Positions 21,012-31,413 are shown, counted from the first letter of the stretch. The stretch is DNA of 64,000 nt from Promethearchaeota archaeon (GCA_019058365.1 JAHPZE010000002.1:192001-256000); one strand, 5' to 3'. The notes: generated by a model not told the origin, from the letters alone. Numbers and translations: made by a program.

Positions 21012-23003
21012 ATGCCTGCTAAAAAAGAATGGATCATATTTGACGCTAATTTCTTCATTTGTATGTTGCAAATTAAAGCACGTAATATTTTAGGAAATTT
21101 AAATAAAGCTGCTGAGGATTTAGGGTATGAATATTATATCTCTCAAGTAGTATTTGATGAAATAAAAGCGCCTCATACTTATAAAGATAAATTAAAAAGT
21201 TTCGTAAATGTAGTAGAAATATTACCAAATCAAATTGATGCCATTAAAGATAAACTACGTCAATTTAACATAAGGTTTCCTGCTCAAGATCCAGATCTCA
21301 CACTTGTTTGCATCGGAAATAGCTTATTGAACAAAAATGACACCTTTCCTGTCCATCTTGTGACTGATGACTTTAAACTAGCAAAGAATACAAATTTACT
21401 ATATAAAGCTAAAATCAATATATTATCACTATCAAGCTTTCTTCTAAAAATTCAAAGAACAATTGCCGATGCTCAGATGAGAAGTTACTTTAAAGATATT
21501 TGGAGGAGAAGTTTGAATTATACATTATCTTATATGATTGAACGTTCTAAAATCTATCCCGCTGAACAAAAGATTACTTGGTTGATTGAAAAAGCAATAG
21601 CGGTTACAGAAACGTCAATCCTAACGCAAGATATTGAGTTAGAGAACCCCGATACTGGTGTGAAATTTGAAATTGGAGCTTCTAAATATGCAGTTGAAAT
21701 AACTCTTGCTGAAAAATATATTGAAAATCAAGATCTTTCCCAAACCGAGGAGGAAAAAATATTTGGGATTATAAAATTCCTAGAAAATCTAAAAATTTCA
21801 AGGGAATACATAATTCGAGCCCGAAAGGCGATAATAAAAAGTATCCCAAAGGATGCAGTTAAGTTCTTAAAAAAAGGAAATGGATTTTTAGTATCTTTAC
21901 TTCAAGTTGCATCTGGACAATTGACAAGTGTGAAGGATTATGATATTGTTGAGCAGTTAATATGTTCTGAAATTAGTAAGATGGAATTCTTACGAGCATT
22001 TTTATTAGTTTCTCTTGGCCGTATTAATACAGCAATTGATTCACTTGAAAGAGCGGCATTATTTTCGGTTATAATTCATAATTATAAAACTTGTTTAACT
22101 TTAAATTATGTAAAGGCTTTAATTTATTTATTCCACGGGCTTTATACAGAAGCAATTAGACAATACAATTTTTCTGAAGAATTAGCTGACATTTATGGAG
22201 ATGATAAGCTAAGACTAAAATGTTTGATAGGTAAAGCCATAGCACTTTATATTCAAGGTGAAGATAGGAATACAGCATTAAATATCATGGAAGAAATTTC
22301 AAATATGGACTTAGACAAGAATTTCCTTGATGCAATAATAGTTTTTAGTGAGTTAGGAGATTATTTTCTAGCTTTAGGACATTCTCAAATTGCAACAAAT
22401 CTTTATAATCAAGCTTTAGAAATCTCGATTGACTATAAATTATCATTCAAAAGTGAAATTTTAATAGAGAAATTAAAAAGATCTTATATCGCAACCGTAC
22501 TAGTTGGTTATTCAGCAGAAGATGCTGTTGATAAATTGGATCTTTTATTAGATAAGGCGTACTCTATCAAGGATGTTGAAAAATATAATGAGCAAATTAA
22601 AAAAATATCAAGCTTTAATCTCTTATTTTATACTCCATTCCCGTATATTACAGGAAAAAAAAAAATTATCCCCTACTCAGCATTACCGAAAGAACTTAAA
22701 GATGATTACTTGGAAGTGGTATATTTCGAAAAATTAAAAGAAACTCAAGATAAAATTCTTTTTATTGTTTCTCATTATGAACTAGGCTTGTTAGGTATTA
22801 AATTGAAAACAAGTGAAAATGTAACTGGAATTGCTGAAAATTATAATCTTAAGATAAAACCAAATGCGAAAGTTAAAATATATGAACCTGATGAAGATTT
22901 AAAAGATGTGTTTTTAATCCGTGCAATTATCGAAATAACAACGATAGATACAGTTCAAATTAAATATACTCTTCCATCTTTCTTTAAACAGTTAAATCTG
23001 TAA
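21012..23003 (+). CDS. PIN-domain plus TPR protein
   Basis: IFDANFFI...VFDEI...DPDL...VTDDFKL, followed by TPR-like helices. Confidence 0.75.
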   Translation: MPAKKEWIIFDANFFICMLQIKARNILGNLNKAAEDLGYEYYISQVVFDEIKAPHTYKDKLKSFVNVVEILPNQIDAIKDKLRQFNIRFPAQDPDLTLVCIGNSLLNKNDTFPVHLVTDDFKLAKNTNLLYKAKINILSLSSFLLKIQRTIADAQMRSYFKDIWRRSLNYTLSYMIERSKIYPAEQKITWLIEKAIAVTETSILTQDIELENPDTGVKFEIGASKYAVEITLAEKYIENQDLSQTEEEKIFGIIKFLENLKISREYIIRARKAIIKSIPKDAVKFLKKGNGFLVSLLQVASGQLTSVKDYDIVEQLICSEISKMEFLRAFLLVSLGRINTAIDSLERAALFSVIIHNYKTCLTLNYVKALIYLFHGLYTEAIRQYNFSEELADIYGDDKLRLKCLIGKAIALYIQGEDRNTALNIMEEISNMDLDKNFLDAIIVFSELGDYFLALGHSQIATNLYNQALEISIDYKLSFKSEILIEKLKRSYIATVLVGYSAEDAVDKLDLLLDKAYSIKDVEKYNEQIKKISSFNLLFYTPFPYITGKKKIIPYSALPKELKDDYLEVVYFEKLKETQDKILFIVSHYELGLLGIKLKTSENVTGIAENYNLKIKPNAKVKIYEPDEDLKDVFLIRAIIEITTIDTVQIKYTLPSFFKQLNL

Positions 23004-23024
23004 TACAATACAGTAAAAGAACGG

Positions 23025-23306
23025 CTATTCTTTCCTCAAACTTTTATCTCGTTGTGATATTTGATGGCTGTGTATGGCACATGAAATACAGTAGTATTTT
23101 GTCTTACTTGGAGCTTGAATTATCGTTCCTGATTTCTTTAATTCAGTATACATCCGGGAATCAACTAGAGAAACCCTTCTTGTTACAGCTTTAGCTTTGC
23201 TACGAGCAACAGTTCGACCACACTTAGCACACTGAACTTTAGCATACTGTCCTTTACTAGATCCGCTTCTACCGCCACTTTTTCTCTTTTTTGGAATAAA
23301 AATCAA
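23025..23306 (-). CDS. rps26e: Ribosomal protein S26e (likely start ATT at 23297)
   Basis: PKKRKSGGR, CAKCGR, YYCISCAIH. Confidence 0.95.
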   Translation of the reverse strand: MIFIPKKRKSGGRSGSSKGQYAKVQCAKCGRTVARSKAKAVTRRVSLVDSRMYTELKKSGTIIQAPSKTKYYCISCAIHSHQISQRDKSLRKE

Positions 23307-23440
23307 CCATTTTTAATTTTTTCTTGTTGATCTTTAGATTTATAAACAATTAAATTGTTTAAAACTTAAAAAATTTATCCTTAAGCATAAAAAACTGCAA
23401 AAATAAAAAATTAAAACATAATTTATAGAGTTAGCTAATT

Positions 23441-24154
23441 TTATTTTAAATTTGCATTTAGATTCTTTAAAGTTTTAAAAGCAAAATTTAATCTTTGGAG
23501 AACTGTATAAATCAATGTTAAAGTATAAATTATAATACTAATGAGAAAAATTGGTGTGACTGGTACTCTTGTGATAAATGGAACAGAAATTGTTATAGGC
23601 TCATGTAATATTAGTAATGTTAAAAAATAAAATATTAGTTCTATAATAATAGCAAAAAGTAAAAACAAAATTCGTTCAGCTCGTTCCATAAAACCAATTC
23701 CTCTCATATTAACGCCTTCATTTTCAGCTCTTGAACGTATATAAGAGATCATGATAACTAAAAACAAAATAATATAACCTAACATATAATCCACTAAACC
23801 TCCATAGATTAACCCTAATATGAGTATAGCATCAGAAAGTCTATCTAAATTTGAATCTAAAAATGCACCAGCTTGAGTTTCATTTCCTGTTCTTCTCGCT
23901 ACTTCCCCATCAAATAAATCAAAAGCGCCAGCTATTCCCAAAATAAAAGGTATTACCCACGAAAGCCATATAGAAAAATATAACCCATATAATGCAATTA
24001 TTAAAGAGCCAACTAATGTACATATAAATCCTATATAAGAAATCTTATTAGGCGTAAAATTATGTTTAATTAAAAATTCTACAGGGCGATCTATATATCT
24101 ACTTGAAAATTCCTTCTGTCGAGCTCTTTTTTTATTCTCTTCTATCTCATTCAA
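23441..24154 (-). CDS. CDP-alcohol phosphatidyltransferase (archaetidylinositol-phosphate synthase-like)
   Basis: DLFDGEVAR...GAFLDSNLDRLSD, SYIRSRAE. Confidence 0.9.
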   Translation of the reverse strand: MNEIEENKKRARQKEFSSRYIDRPVEFLIKHNFTPNKISYIGFICTLVGSLIIALYGLYFSIWLSWVIPFILGIAGAFDLFDGEVARRTGNETQAGAFLDSNLDRLSDAILILGLIYGGLVDYMLGYIILFLVIMISYIRSRAENEGVNMRGIGFMERAERILFLLFAIIIELIFYFLTLLILHEPITISVPFITRVPVTPIFLISIIIYTLTLIYTVLQRLNFAFKTLKNLNANLK

Positions 24155-24224
24155 TTGACTTATAATTCCTGATATCCAATAATTTAGATATTATTTTTAA
24201 AATTTTATTCCAATAAAAAATTTA

Positions 24225-24821
24225 TTAAAATGCTAACAAATGTAATTTCAATAATCGAATCACTGAGGAAGCTAAATACGATTGATTTCCAATACTTATC
24301 ATCGGAAGATTTAATGCTGATAATTCCTTTGAGTATATAAATTCGTCCTCTTGGCTCCCTATTATGAAAACTATGTTTTCTTTTTCTTTAATAATATTTA
24401 ATAACTTAAAAAAATCTTGACCTTGTTCATGTAAAATGTATATATTATAATTTAATTGTTTAAAATGATTTATTGCTTCTATTATAGTCATTTTTGAAAT
24501 TTTAATTGAACTCAATAGATTGAGAGAGTAATCTCTTGTAGTATGATATTTTTGAAGGAATTTAACAAAATAATCTGTAAAGCGCAATTCATTCTTCGGA
24601 AAACTTTCATAATTGAAAAATTCAGGGTTAAAAATAAAAGTGCCATATCGATCCAAAAACGCCCATATCTGAATATTTCTTTCAAAATCATTATTACTTA
24701 GTATTGCTGAAAGAATACATCGTGAAATTACATCTAATCGGCCAGAAGATCCGGGTATATCCTTTATAGTATAATTATTTATATCTATAGTCTTAGATTT
24801 AATGAAAAAAAGTAGGTTCAT
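24225..24821 (-). CDS. trmY: tRNA pseudouridine(54)-N1 methyltransferase
   Basis: DIPGSSGRLDVISRC, LHEQG, SIGNQSYLAS SPOUT motifs. Confidence 0.85.
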   Translation of the reverse strand: MNLLFFIKSKTIDINNYTIKDIPGSSGRLDVISRCILSAILSNNDFERNIQIWAFLDRYGTFIFNPEFFNYESFPKNELRFTDYFVKFLQKYHTTRDYSLNLLSSIKISKMTIIEAINHFKQLNYNIYILHEQGQDFFKLLNIIKEKENIVFIIGSQEDEFIYSKELSALNLPMISIGNQSYLASSVIRLLKLHLLAF

Positions 24822-24959
24822 ATAATCATTCTATGAAGTTTTTATATTTTATGATAAAAAAATAAAAAATTGGTCTAAATTTAATTTAAATTCAATTTAA
24901 ATTTAATAAAATGTAAAGTACAAATTAGTTTAAATTTACTTCTTAATTGATGAAAAAAT

Positions 24960-25724
24960 ATGGAGCAAAATAACATCGCAATTGAAGTAAGAAATTTGAA
25001 GAAACATTTTAGAACAAAATTAGAAAATGTTAAAGCTCTAGATGATATTTCTTTCAATGTTAAATCCGGAGAGATTTTTGGATTATTAGGACCAAATGGT
25101 GCAGGAAAAACCACAACAATCAATATATTAATAGGGTTAATTAAACCAACTGATGGATCAGCTACTATTTATGGTTATGATATACAAGATCATATTTCAA
25201 AGGCTAAAGAATTAATAGGAGTTTGCCCCCAGGAGCATGCTGTATTTAAATTTTTATCGGGGAGGGAAAATATAGAACTCTTTGGTAATTTATATTCGAT
25301 GCCTAAAGATAAAATAAAAAAGAGAGCAGATGAACTAATAGACAAATTAAATTTTTCAAATGCGAGTAAACATAAAACGAAAGGTTATAGTGGAGGCATG
25401 TTAAGTCAATTAAATTTAATCATCTCTATTATAAATAATCCCAAAATCATATTCTTAGATGAACCAACAGTTGGAATGGACCCACGAGCACGAAGAAAGA
25501 CATGGGAATTTATTGGCAATTTTAAAAATGAGCGAAAAACAGTATTGCTTACAACTCATTATATTGAAGAAGCTGAAGCTCTATGTGATAGAGTTGCTAT
25601 TATTGATTATGGTGAATTGCTTGATATTGGGTCACCAAAAGATTTAATGAAAAAATATGAATCAGATAATTTAGAAGACGTCTTTATGAATATTACAGGA
25701 AGAAAAATTATGGAGGGAATGTAA
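24960..25724 (+). CDS. ABC-2 type exporter ATP-binding protein
   Basis: GPNGAGKT, YSGGM, LDEPTVGMD. Confidence 0.92.
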   Translation: MEQNNIAIEVRNLKKHFRTKLENVKALDDISFNVKSGEIFGLLGPNGAGKTTTINILIGLIKPTDGSATIYGYDIQDHISKAKELIGVCPQEHAVFKFLSGRENIELFGNLYSMPKDKIKKRADELIDKLNFSNASKHKTKGYSGGMLSQLNLIISIINNPKIIFLDEPTVGMDPRARRKTWEFIGNFKNERKTVLLTTHYIEEAEALCDRVAIIDYGELLDIGSPKDLMKKYESDNLEDVFMNITGRKIMEGM

Positions 25725-26465
25725 ATGAATACACAAAGACTCTTTGCGTTATTAAAGATGGAGTTGAAAAAAATTATAAGAGAACCAGCCTATGTATTTT
25801 TAATGTTTCTATTTCCCGCTGTTCTCACAATAATTTTTGGGTTTACCTTTAGTGATCCAGAACTAGGAATGCCATTTAGTGCAATGGCTCCCGGTTTATT
25901 TGCTTATGCGTGTATTTTCATAATAATGATTGTAGCACAATCTTTTTCTGATGAAAGAGAACAAGGATTATTAAGGAGATTAAGCATTACCCCTATGAAG
26001 GCTTCTGATTTCATGGGAAGTCAGATTTTATCAAATATGATAATCGCTATGGTGCAAGTTCTCATTGTTTTCATTTTAGCTCAACTCTTTGACTTTAAGC
26101 CACAGACCGATATTTTAGGCATTTTATTGGCAATTATACTAATGGCTATTTTTTCTCTTAGTTCTGTAGGACTTGGACTAATTACTGCTACGATATCTAA
26201 AAGTGCCGGTGTAGCAACAGGTCTATCTTTTCTCTTTATACTGCCTCAAATGTTCTTGGGAACTTTCATACCAATAACTAGTAATACTCGAGTAATAGCA
26301 GTCTTTCTCCCAAGTTATTATGTAACAGACGCTCTAACTTCAATTTTTAATGGAGATTCACTACTCAGTGCTAATATATTAATTGATTTTAGTGTTGTTT
26401 CGATTGTTAGTATTATGATTGTAATTATCGGTATACAATTATTCGACAAATTTGGAAATAAATAA
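25725..26465 (+). CDS. ABC-2 type permease
   Basis: EREQGLLRRL motif, six TM segments. Confidence 0.88.
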   Translation: MNTQRLFALLKMELKKIIREPAYVFLMFLFPAVLTIIFGFTFSDPELGMPFSAMAPGLFAYACIFIIMIVAQSFSDEREQGLLRRLSITPMKASDFMGSQILSNMIIAMVQVLIVFILAQLFDFKPQTDILGILLAIILMAIFSLSSVGLGLITATISKSAGVATGLSFLFILPQMFLGTFIPITSNTRVIAVFLPSYYVTDALTSIFNGDSLLSANILIDFSVVSIVSIMIVIIGIQLFDKFGNK

Positions 26466-26511
26466 AAAAAAGTGGTTATTTATTTTTTTAAAAATTTCTT
26501 AAAATATTCAA

Positions 26512-27513
26512 TCATTTTTCATTAGTAATATTTATTGAATGCTTTTTCTTATAACGAATGATTAAATAGAAAGCAGAAGACATCAGAGTGACAGACAAAA
26601 CAATACCTAAAATTGCTGCTCCATAATCACTAGTTATCCAACTAAACAGTGGAATCCAAGGAGATACTAAATTTTCTAACCATGATTCACCATTTTGGTC
26701 AATTAATACACGTTCTAATCCATCTGGAGCATCAGATAGAAATCCTATTGTAAATCCAACTGCTATCATCAACAATAAACCTCCAACTACTACAACAATT
26801 GAAATTATTGGTTTTTTATATTTAGTAAGATTAAATAATATCACTTTGTTTTCCATATATGAATCTGTTGTGATTAAATCTGGTTTTACTCTATATATAT
26901 AGAACACAATTAAAGCAGAAATAATAGCTTCTCCAATACCTATCAAAACGTGCCAATAAACCATTGCAGGGATAGCAATTCCTAGTGGGATTGCCCCTGA
27001 AAGACCTAATTCAATGCCACACATAAAAGAGGCTAAAATGATAGCAATATAGGAACCAATGGCAGTAGCAATTGTAACTTTCATTTCCTTCTTAATAGAT
27101 GTTTTATTTAGAATCTTTACTAAAAATACTACAATATAAAATCCAACAAATCCTCCTATTATTCCCATATTGAAAGTATTTGCACCTAATGCTAGAATGC
27201 CTCCATCTCCGAATAAACTTTGTACAACTAATACCAAAAAAAGTATAATTACTGAAGCCCATGGTCCTAATATAACAGCTACTAAGGTACCTCCAATTAA
27301 ATGGCCAGAGGTGCCACCAGGAACGGGATAATTAACAAACTGAAATGCAAAAATCGTAGCAGCCAAGACACCTATATAAGGTATTAATTTCTCAGAATCT
27401 TCTTTCTCAAAAATTTTTCCCATTTTAAAATATCCTAAAATCATTACTATAATTGCAACAATCCATAGGATAATTAGAGTTGCAGGATTAAGTAATCCAT
27501 CTGGTATATGCAT
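26512..27513 (-). CDS. ECF Ni/Co S-component CbiM/NikM fused to PDGLE domain
   Basis: N-terminal MHIPDG, GTSGHL, C-terminal PDGLE. Confidence 0.92.
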   Translation of the reverse strand: MHIPDGLLNPATLIILWIVAIIVMILGYFKMGKIFEKEDSEKLIPYIGVLAATIFAFQFVNYPVPGGTSGHLIGGTLVAVILGPWASVIILFLVLVVQSLFGDGGILALGANTFNMGIIGGFVGFYIVVFLVKILNKTSIKKEMKVTIATAIGSYIAIILASFMCGIELGLSGAIPLGIAIPAMVYWHVLIGIGEAIISALIVFYIYRVKPDLITTDSYMENKVILFNLTKYKKPIISIVVVVGGLLLMIAVGFTIGFLSDAPDGLERVLIDQNGESWLENLVSPWIPLFSWITSDYGAAILGIVLSVTLMSSAFYLIIRYKKKHSINITNEK

Positions 27514-27558
27514 TTTTAAAATATTAAGGTTAATTTTTTTTATAATGAATAATTAAAA

Positions 27559-27624
27559 TGTTACTATATTATAAAAGAGTATGAAATATATAAAATATTA
27601 CTTTTTTAAAAAAAAGTATGAAAT
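27559..27624. promoter_or_regulatory. Tandem TRTTAC-N14-GTATGA operator (NikR-like) in divergent promoter
   Basis: Copies at 27559-27584 and 27596-27621, both with a 14-nt spacer. Confidence 0.55.
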
Positions 27625-27653
27625 TTATAATAAGTTAAATAGCTGATAAATTC

Positions 27654-28457
27654 TTGAGAACAACCTTACCTTTTAGGCATGAGAATGAAAAGATTTATTT
27701 AAAGAAGATTAATCCCTTAATTCGCTTAATTTTACCATTTATTTTAGTAGTACCTTTTCTTGTTATAGAAGATTTTTATCTGATATTTACAATTTTATTT
27801 GTTTCTTTAACCACTGATTTAATACTTCGGTTAAATGTAATAAAAATTCTTTCAAGATTGAAAGTGGTTATCCCATTTGTTTTTTTAATTACGATCTTTA
27901 TTCCATTTTATGTTGGGGAGACTGTGGTATATATATTCAATATTGGAATTCCAATAATAATTTATAGAGAAGGTTTATATCTAGCTTCTCTTATTTTTTT
28001 AAGAGTTTTTGGAGCTCTATTCATATTTATGTCATTTTTTTCAACTTTAACTTACTCAGAATTTATAGATGCCTTAACCAAATTACGATTACCTTCAGTT
28101 TTCGTAGGATCTTTAATAATAATGTTACATTATATTCCAATCCTAGCAGGGTCTAACAAAAAGATATTAGAAGCACAAGAAATGAGAGGAAAAAAAATTA
28201 CGTCTTATTGGCAAAAATTAAATGCTCACGCTTATATTATGGGTAAGGGTATTATAATGAATATGGAAAGAAGTGAAAGATTATATGAAAGTTTAAAAAT
28301 GCGAGGTTTTTCTGGTAAAATTACATTTGCTCCAAAAAAAATAAAAATGATTGATTTGGTATTATTAGCATTATTCTCATTAATGGTTATTAGTTTTATT
28401 TTTATTATAAACTTAAAATCAATTTATCAAGGTGTTTTTGCATTAATTTTGCCGTAG
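27654..28457 (+). CDS. ECF transmembrane component CbiQ/NikQ
   Basis: AQEMRG and SLKMRGF motifs. Confidence 0.88.
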   Translation: MRTTLPFRHENEKIYLKKINPLIRLILPFILVVPFLVIEDFYLIFTILFVSLTTDLILRLNVIKILSRLKVVIPFVFLITIFIPFYVGETVVYIFNIGIPIIIYREGLYLASLIFLRVFGALFIFMSFFSTLTYSEFIDALTKLRLPSVFVGSLIIMLHYIPILAGSNKKILEAQEMRGKKITSYWQKLNAHAYIMGKGIIMNMERSERLYESLKMRGFSGKITFAPKKIKMIDLVLLALFSLMVISFIFIINLKSIYQGVFALILP

Positions 28458-29197
28458 AAGTAGAAGATCTGAATTTTTGTTATAATTCGGGGTTTAAAAT
28501 TCAAGATATATCGTTTAAATTAGAGGAAAAAGTTATTTGTGGACTTACTGGAAATAACGGTTCCGGAAAAACAACTTTATTAAGATTATTAGTCGGATTA
28601 TTAAAACCTCAATCAGGAAAAATCAAGATTTTTAATAATACACTTACAAGAGATAAACAAGAATTATGGGAGACCAGAAAAACAATTGGTTTTTTATTCC
28701 AAAATCCTGATGACCAACTATTTGCTCCTACTATTGAAGAGGATATTAGCTTTGGAGCAAGAAACCTAAAACTTGATGAGGAAGAAGTACAAAGAAGAGT
28801 CAATTGGGCTTTAAAAGCGGTAGATTTATCAGAATTTAAAGAATACTCCCCATTTAATCTCTCTTGGGGTCAAAGAAAAAGAGCTGCTTTAGCTGGGGTG
28901 CTCGCAATGAAACCCAAATTGCTGATTTTGGATGAACCTTTTGCTAATCTTGATTTTAAATCAATTTACAATCATCTTAAAATTTTAGAAAAACTAAGAA
29001 AAGAAAATGAAATAACTATATTCTTCACATCTCATAATTTATTCTTCATCGAGCATTGGGCAGAATATATGTTACTTTTAGATGAAGGTAAAATCATTTT
29101 TGATGGTGAACCTCATAACGGATTAGGAGATTTAAATGTCAAGAAATTACTTGGATCTTATGATGATATTCTTTCATTAATAAAAAAGAAATATTAG
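28442..29197 (+). CDS. ECF ATPase CbiO/NikO, full length from inferred ATT start
   Basis: Open frame with GNNGSGKT, FQNPDDQ, LSWGQRKR and LDEP; no ATG/GTG/TTG in frame between TAG 28391 and GTG 28898. Confidence 0.88.
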   Translation: MNFAVEVEDLNFCYNSGFKIQDISFKLEEKVICGLTGNNGSGKTTLLRLLVGLLKPQSGKIKIFNNTLTRDKQELWETRKTIGFLFQNPDDQLFAPTIEEDISFGARNLKLDEEEVQRRVNWALKAVDLSEFKEYSPFNLSWGQRKRAALAGVLAMKPKLLILDEPFANLDFKSIYNHLKILEKLRKENEITIFFTSHNLFFIEHWAEYMLLLDEGKIIFDGEPHNGLGDLNVKKLLGSYDDILSLIKKKY

Positions 29198-29280
29198 TAA
29201 ATTCACATAAATCCTTTTCTAATAAAATAATTTTAAATTTCTTAAATTTATACTATAATAAAACTTGATCTAATAGTCTT

Positions 29281-29775
29281 ATGCACTTGGTACTTACTTA
29301 CTTTCATCAAATTAAAGGTCCAAGTATATTGATGTCATATCCTGATGAAAAACTTGAAGAAGAAATAATAAATAGACTTTTGAAATTTTTCGATTTAGAA
29401 ATCGATGAAACGTTTTTTGAAATAGTTCTCATCACTAAAAAAAAGAAAATTATCAATTTTAATTTCGAGATACCATCTGAATGGGCACGTGGGAAAAAGG
29501 AATTTATTATGCTTTCGCTAATAATGAAAAAAGAATATGAAAGTGAAAGTATGTATGCATTTATAGTGGATAGCTCCTACAAAATCCTTAAAACTAAAAA
29601 CATTTTTAAAGCACTCTATAAATATGATGATTTTCGTGATAGAAACGATATAGAAATTGATGTTACTTACGAACAGATAAGAAAAATTCTTTTTGAATGT
29701 TTAACAAGCCTAATTGCAAGAATTGAGGATGAGATTAAGGGAGTAAACAAAAAAGACCCTTTTCCATTTTCATAA
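29281..29775 (+). CDS. Longin/uDENN-like domain protein
   Basis: LVLTYFHQIKGPSILMSYP N-terminus and SEWARG. Confidence 0.6.
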   Translation: MHLVLTYFHQIKGPSILMSYPDEKLEEEIINRLLKFFDLEIDETFFEIVLITKKKKIINFNFEIPSEWARGKKEFIMLSLIMKKEYESESMYAFIVDSSYKILKTKNIFKALYKYDDFRDRNDIEIDVTYEQIRKILFECLTSLIARIEDEIKGVNKKDPFPFS

Positions 29776-30399
29776 AAACAAATGAGAACCAAAAGTTGAA
29801 GATAAAGGGAAAAAAGCAAAAAAATGCTCAGAATATCTTGAATTCTTAACAAGGATGTACGGGTTTAGAGTCCAAAATTCTAAAACTAAAAAAGGATATC
29901 TACTTAAATTCTTTGGTGATTCTCAAAAAAAGAGTGGAATATTTCATAATGCTATGTTATAATGACGATGTTCTTTTTTCGTTAAATTTTTTGTCGCCTG
30001 AAACACTAACACGATCTTTTTCATTTTAAGGAATTATACCCTTTAAATCTAAGGCGTTCTCTCATGTCAGGCTTTTGCAAAGTTGGGACATAATCATGTC
30101 GCAAATCTGGGTTGCTGACTCTACTTTCATTGCGGTGGTTTATACCATTGCTCTGTAAAGAGCCCGTATTAGTTTTTGCATTTTCTGATTATTAAATTCA
30201 GGATATAAGCATTTTTTTGCGCACCATATTCATTTTTTAGTCGTATGAGCCCTCGATAATGCTCAGTGTTCCATCATCATTTTCCCAGTAATATAATAGA
30301 GTATTAAAAATAAAAGTTTTATTATAATATTCCCCTAATAAAGGATTCTGAAAAAGGTTTCAAAATAAAATTCTATCAAGGAAAAAATTATTAAGGGAT

Positions 30400-30870
30400 T
30401 TAAAGCATACCAAAAGTATCAGATCTAAAGAGTTCCTTTACTTCTTTAGAAATTTCTGCTTGATCAGCCTTTAGATATCTATGTAGTATCAACGATATGT
30501 GTGGAGCCCATTTTTTCATTGTGGCTCTGATAAATCCAATTTGAACATTTTTATCAGCAACTATACACAATACTCCTTTCCCAACTTTCATTGAAAAAAT
30601 CATACCCTCAAGATATTCAGTTATTTGAAGGTTAATGGAACCATATCCTAAAATGTGTCCTTGTTCCTCACCAGCTACAAAAACAGCGCCTCCAATAGCA
30701 CCAATCTTCTCTACAGAAATTCCATTATAACTTGAGAATTTAAATTTAGCTTGACTCAAAATAGTTATTCCTGTATCATCGGTTAGAAGAGCATATTTTA
30801 ATCCCGGCGCACTATTGATAATTGAAATTAAAATCTTTTTTAATCTAAGCTCATCCTCGGAATAACTCAA
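30400..30870 (-). CDS. Roadblock/LC7 (MglB-like) protein
   Basis: ALLTDDTGITI...GAIGGAVF...EYLEG...GVLCIVAD..VQIGFIR. Confidence 0.85.
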   Translation of the reverse strand: MSYSEDELRLKKILISIINSAPGLKYALLTDDTGITILSQAKFKFSSYNGISVEKIGAIGGAVFVAGEEQGHILGYGSINLQITEYLEGMIFSMKVGKGVLCIVADKNVQIGFIRATMKKWAPHISLILHRYLKADQAEISKEVKELFRSDTFGML

Positions 30871-31077
30871 ATATTTGTCAACCTATTATTTATATCATCT
30901 TCTAATTCAGTTTCTTTAAGGTTAAAAAATAGTTATTTAAACTTATCTTTATATTTTTACCTTACACCTACTTATTTAATGAAGAAATTTTAAATATAAA
31001 AATTTAAGTAAACTCAGTGTTTTTTCTACGGTTTATAATAAAAAATAATATTATATTCTTTTCAGTAAATTTAATTC

Positions 31078-31413
31078 TTAGAAAAGATCTTGCCCTTTAA
31101 TTAAAGTTTTTAATGGCTTCAATCGACTTTTATAATCTTTTGACTTTTCTAATAATATCAATAATTTGTAGTTTTTTGACTTATCTAAATCTTTTTTTAT
31201 TTGTACTAATTTAGAATCTTCTATGAATTCTCTATTTTTAGCAATCGCAGATAAGGCTAATGTATTCTCAAGTATCCATAATTTCTTTGAAATTTTTGAT
31301 GCTACAGGAAATCCATGCTTATCTGTAATTATTCCAGCAACAAAATTTGGAAAGTTTTTTTCAATTCTATATAAAAAATACTTAACCTCACTTTCGTTAA
31401 TAAGATTATCCAA
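31078..31413 (-). CDS. Roadblock/profilin-like small protein
   Basis: GIITDKHGFPVASK motif. Confidence 0.6.
   Translation of the reverse strand: MDNLINESEVKYFLYRIEKNFPNFVAGIITDKHGFPVASKISKKLWILENTLALSAIAKNREFIEDSKLVQIKKDLDKSKNYKLLILLEKSKDYKSRLKPLKTLIKGQDLF

Noticed and set aside
30237-30290. Possible box C/D sRNA on the minus strand (ATGATGA...CTGA...CTAA)
   Set aside because: First guide only 7 nt, poor C' and D boxes; reads equally well as a gene remnant
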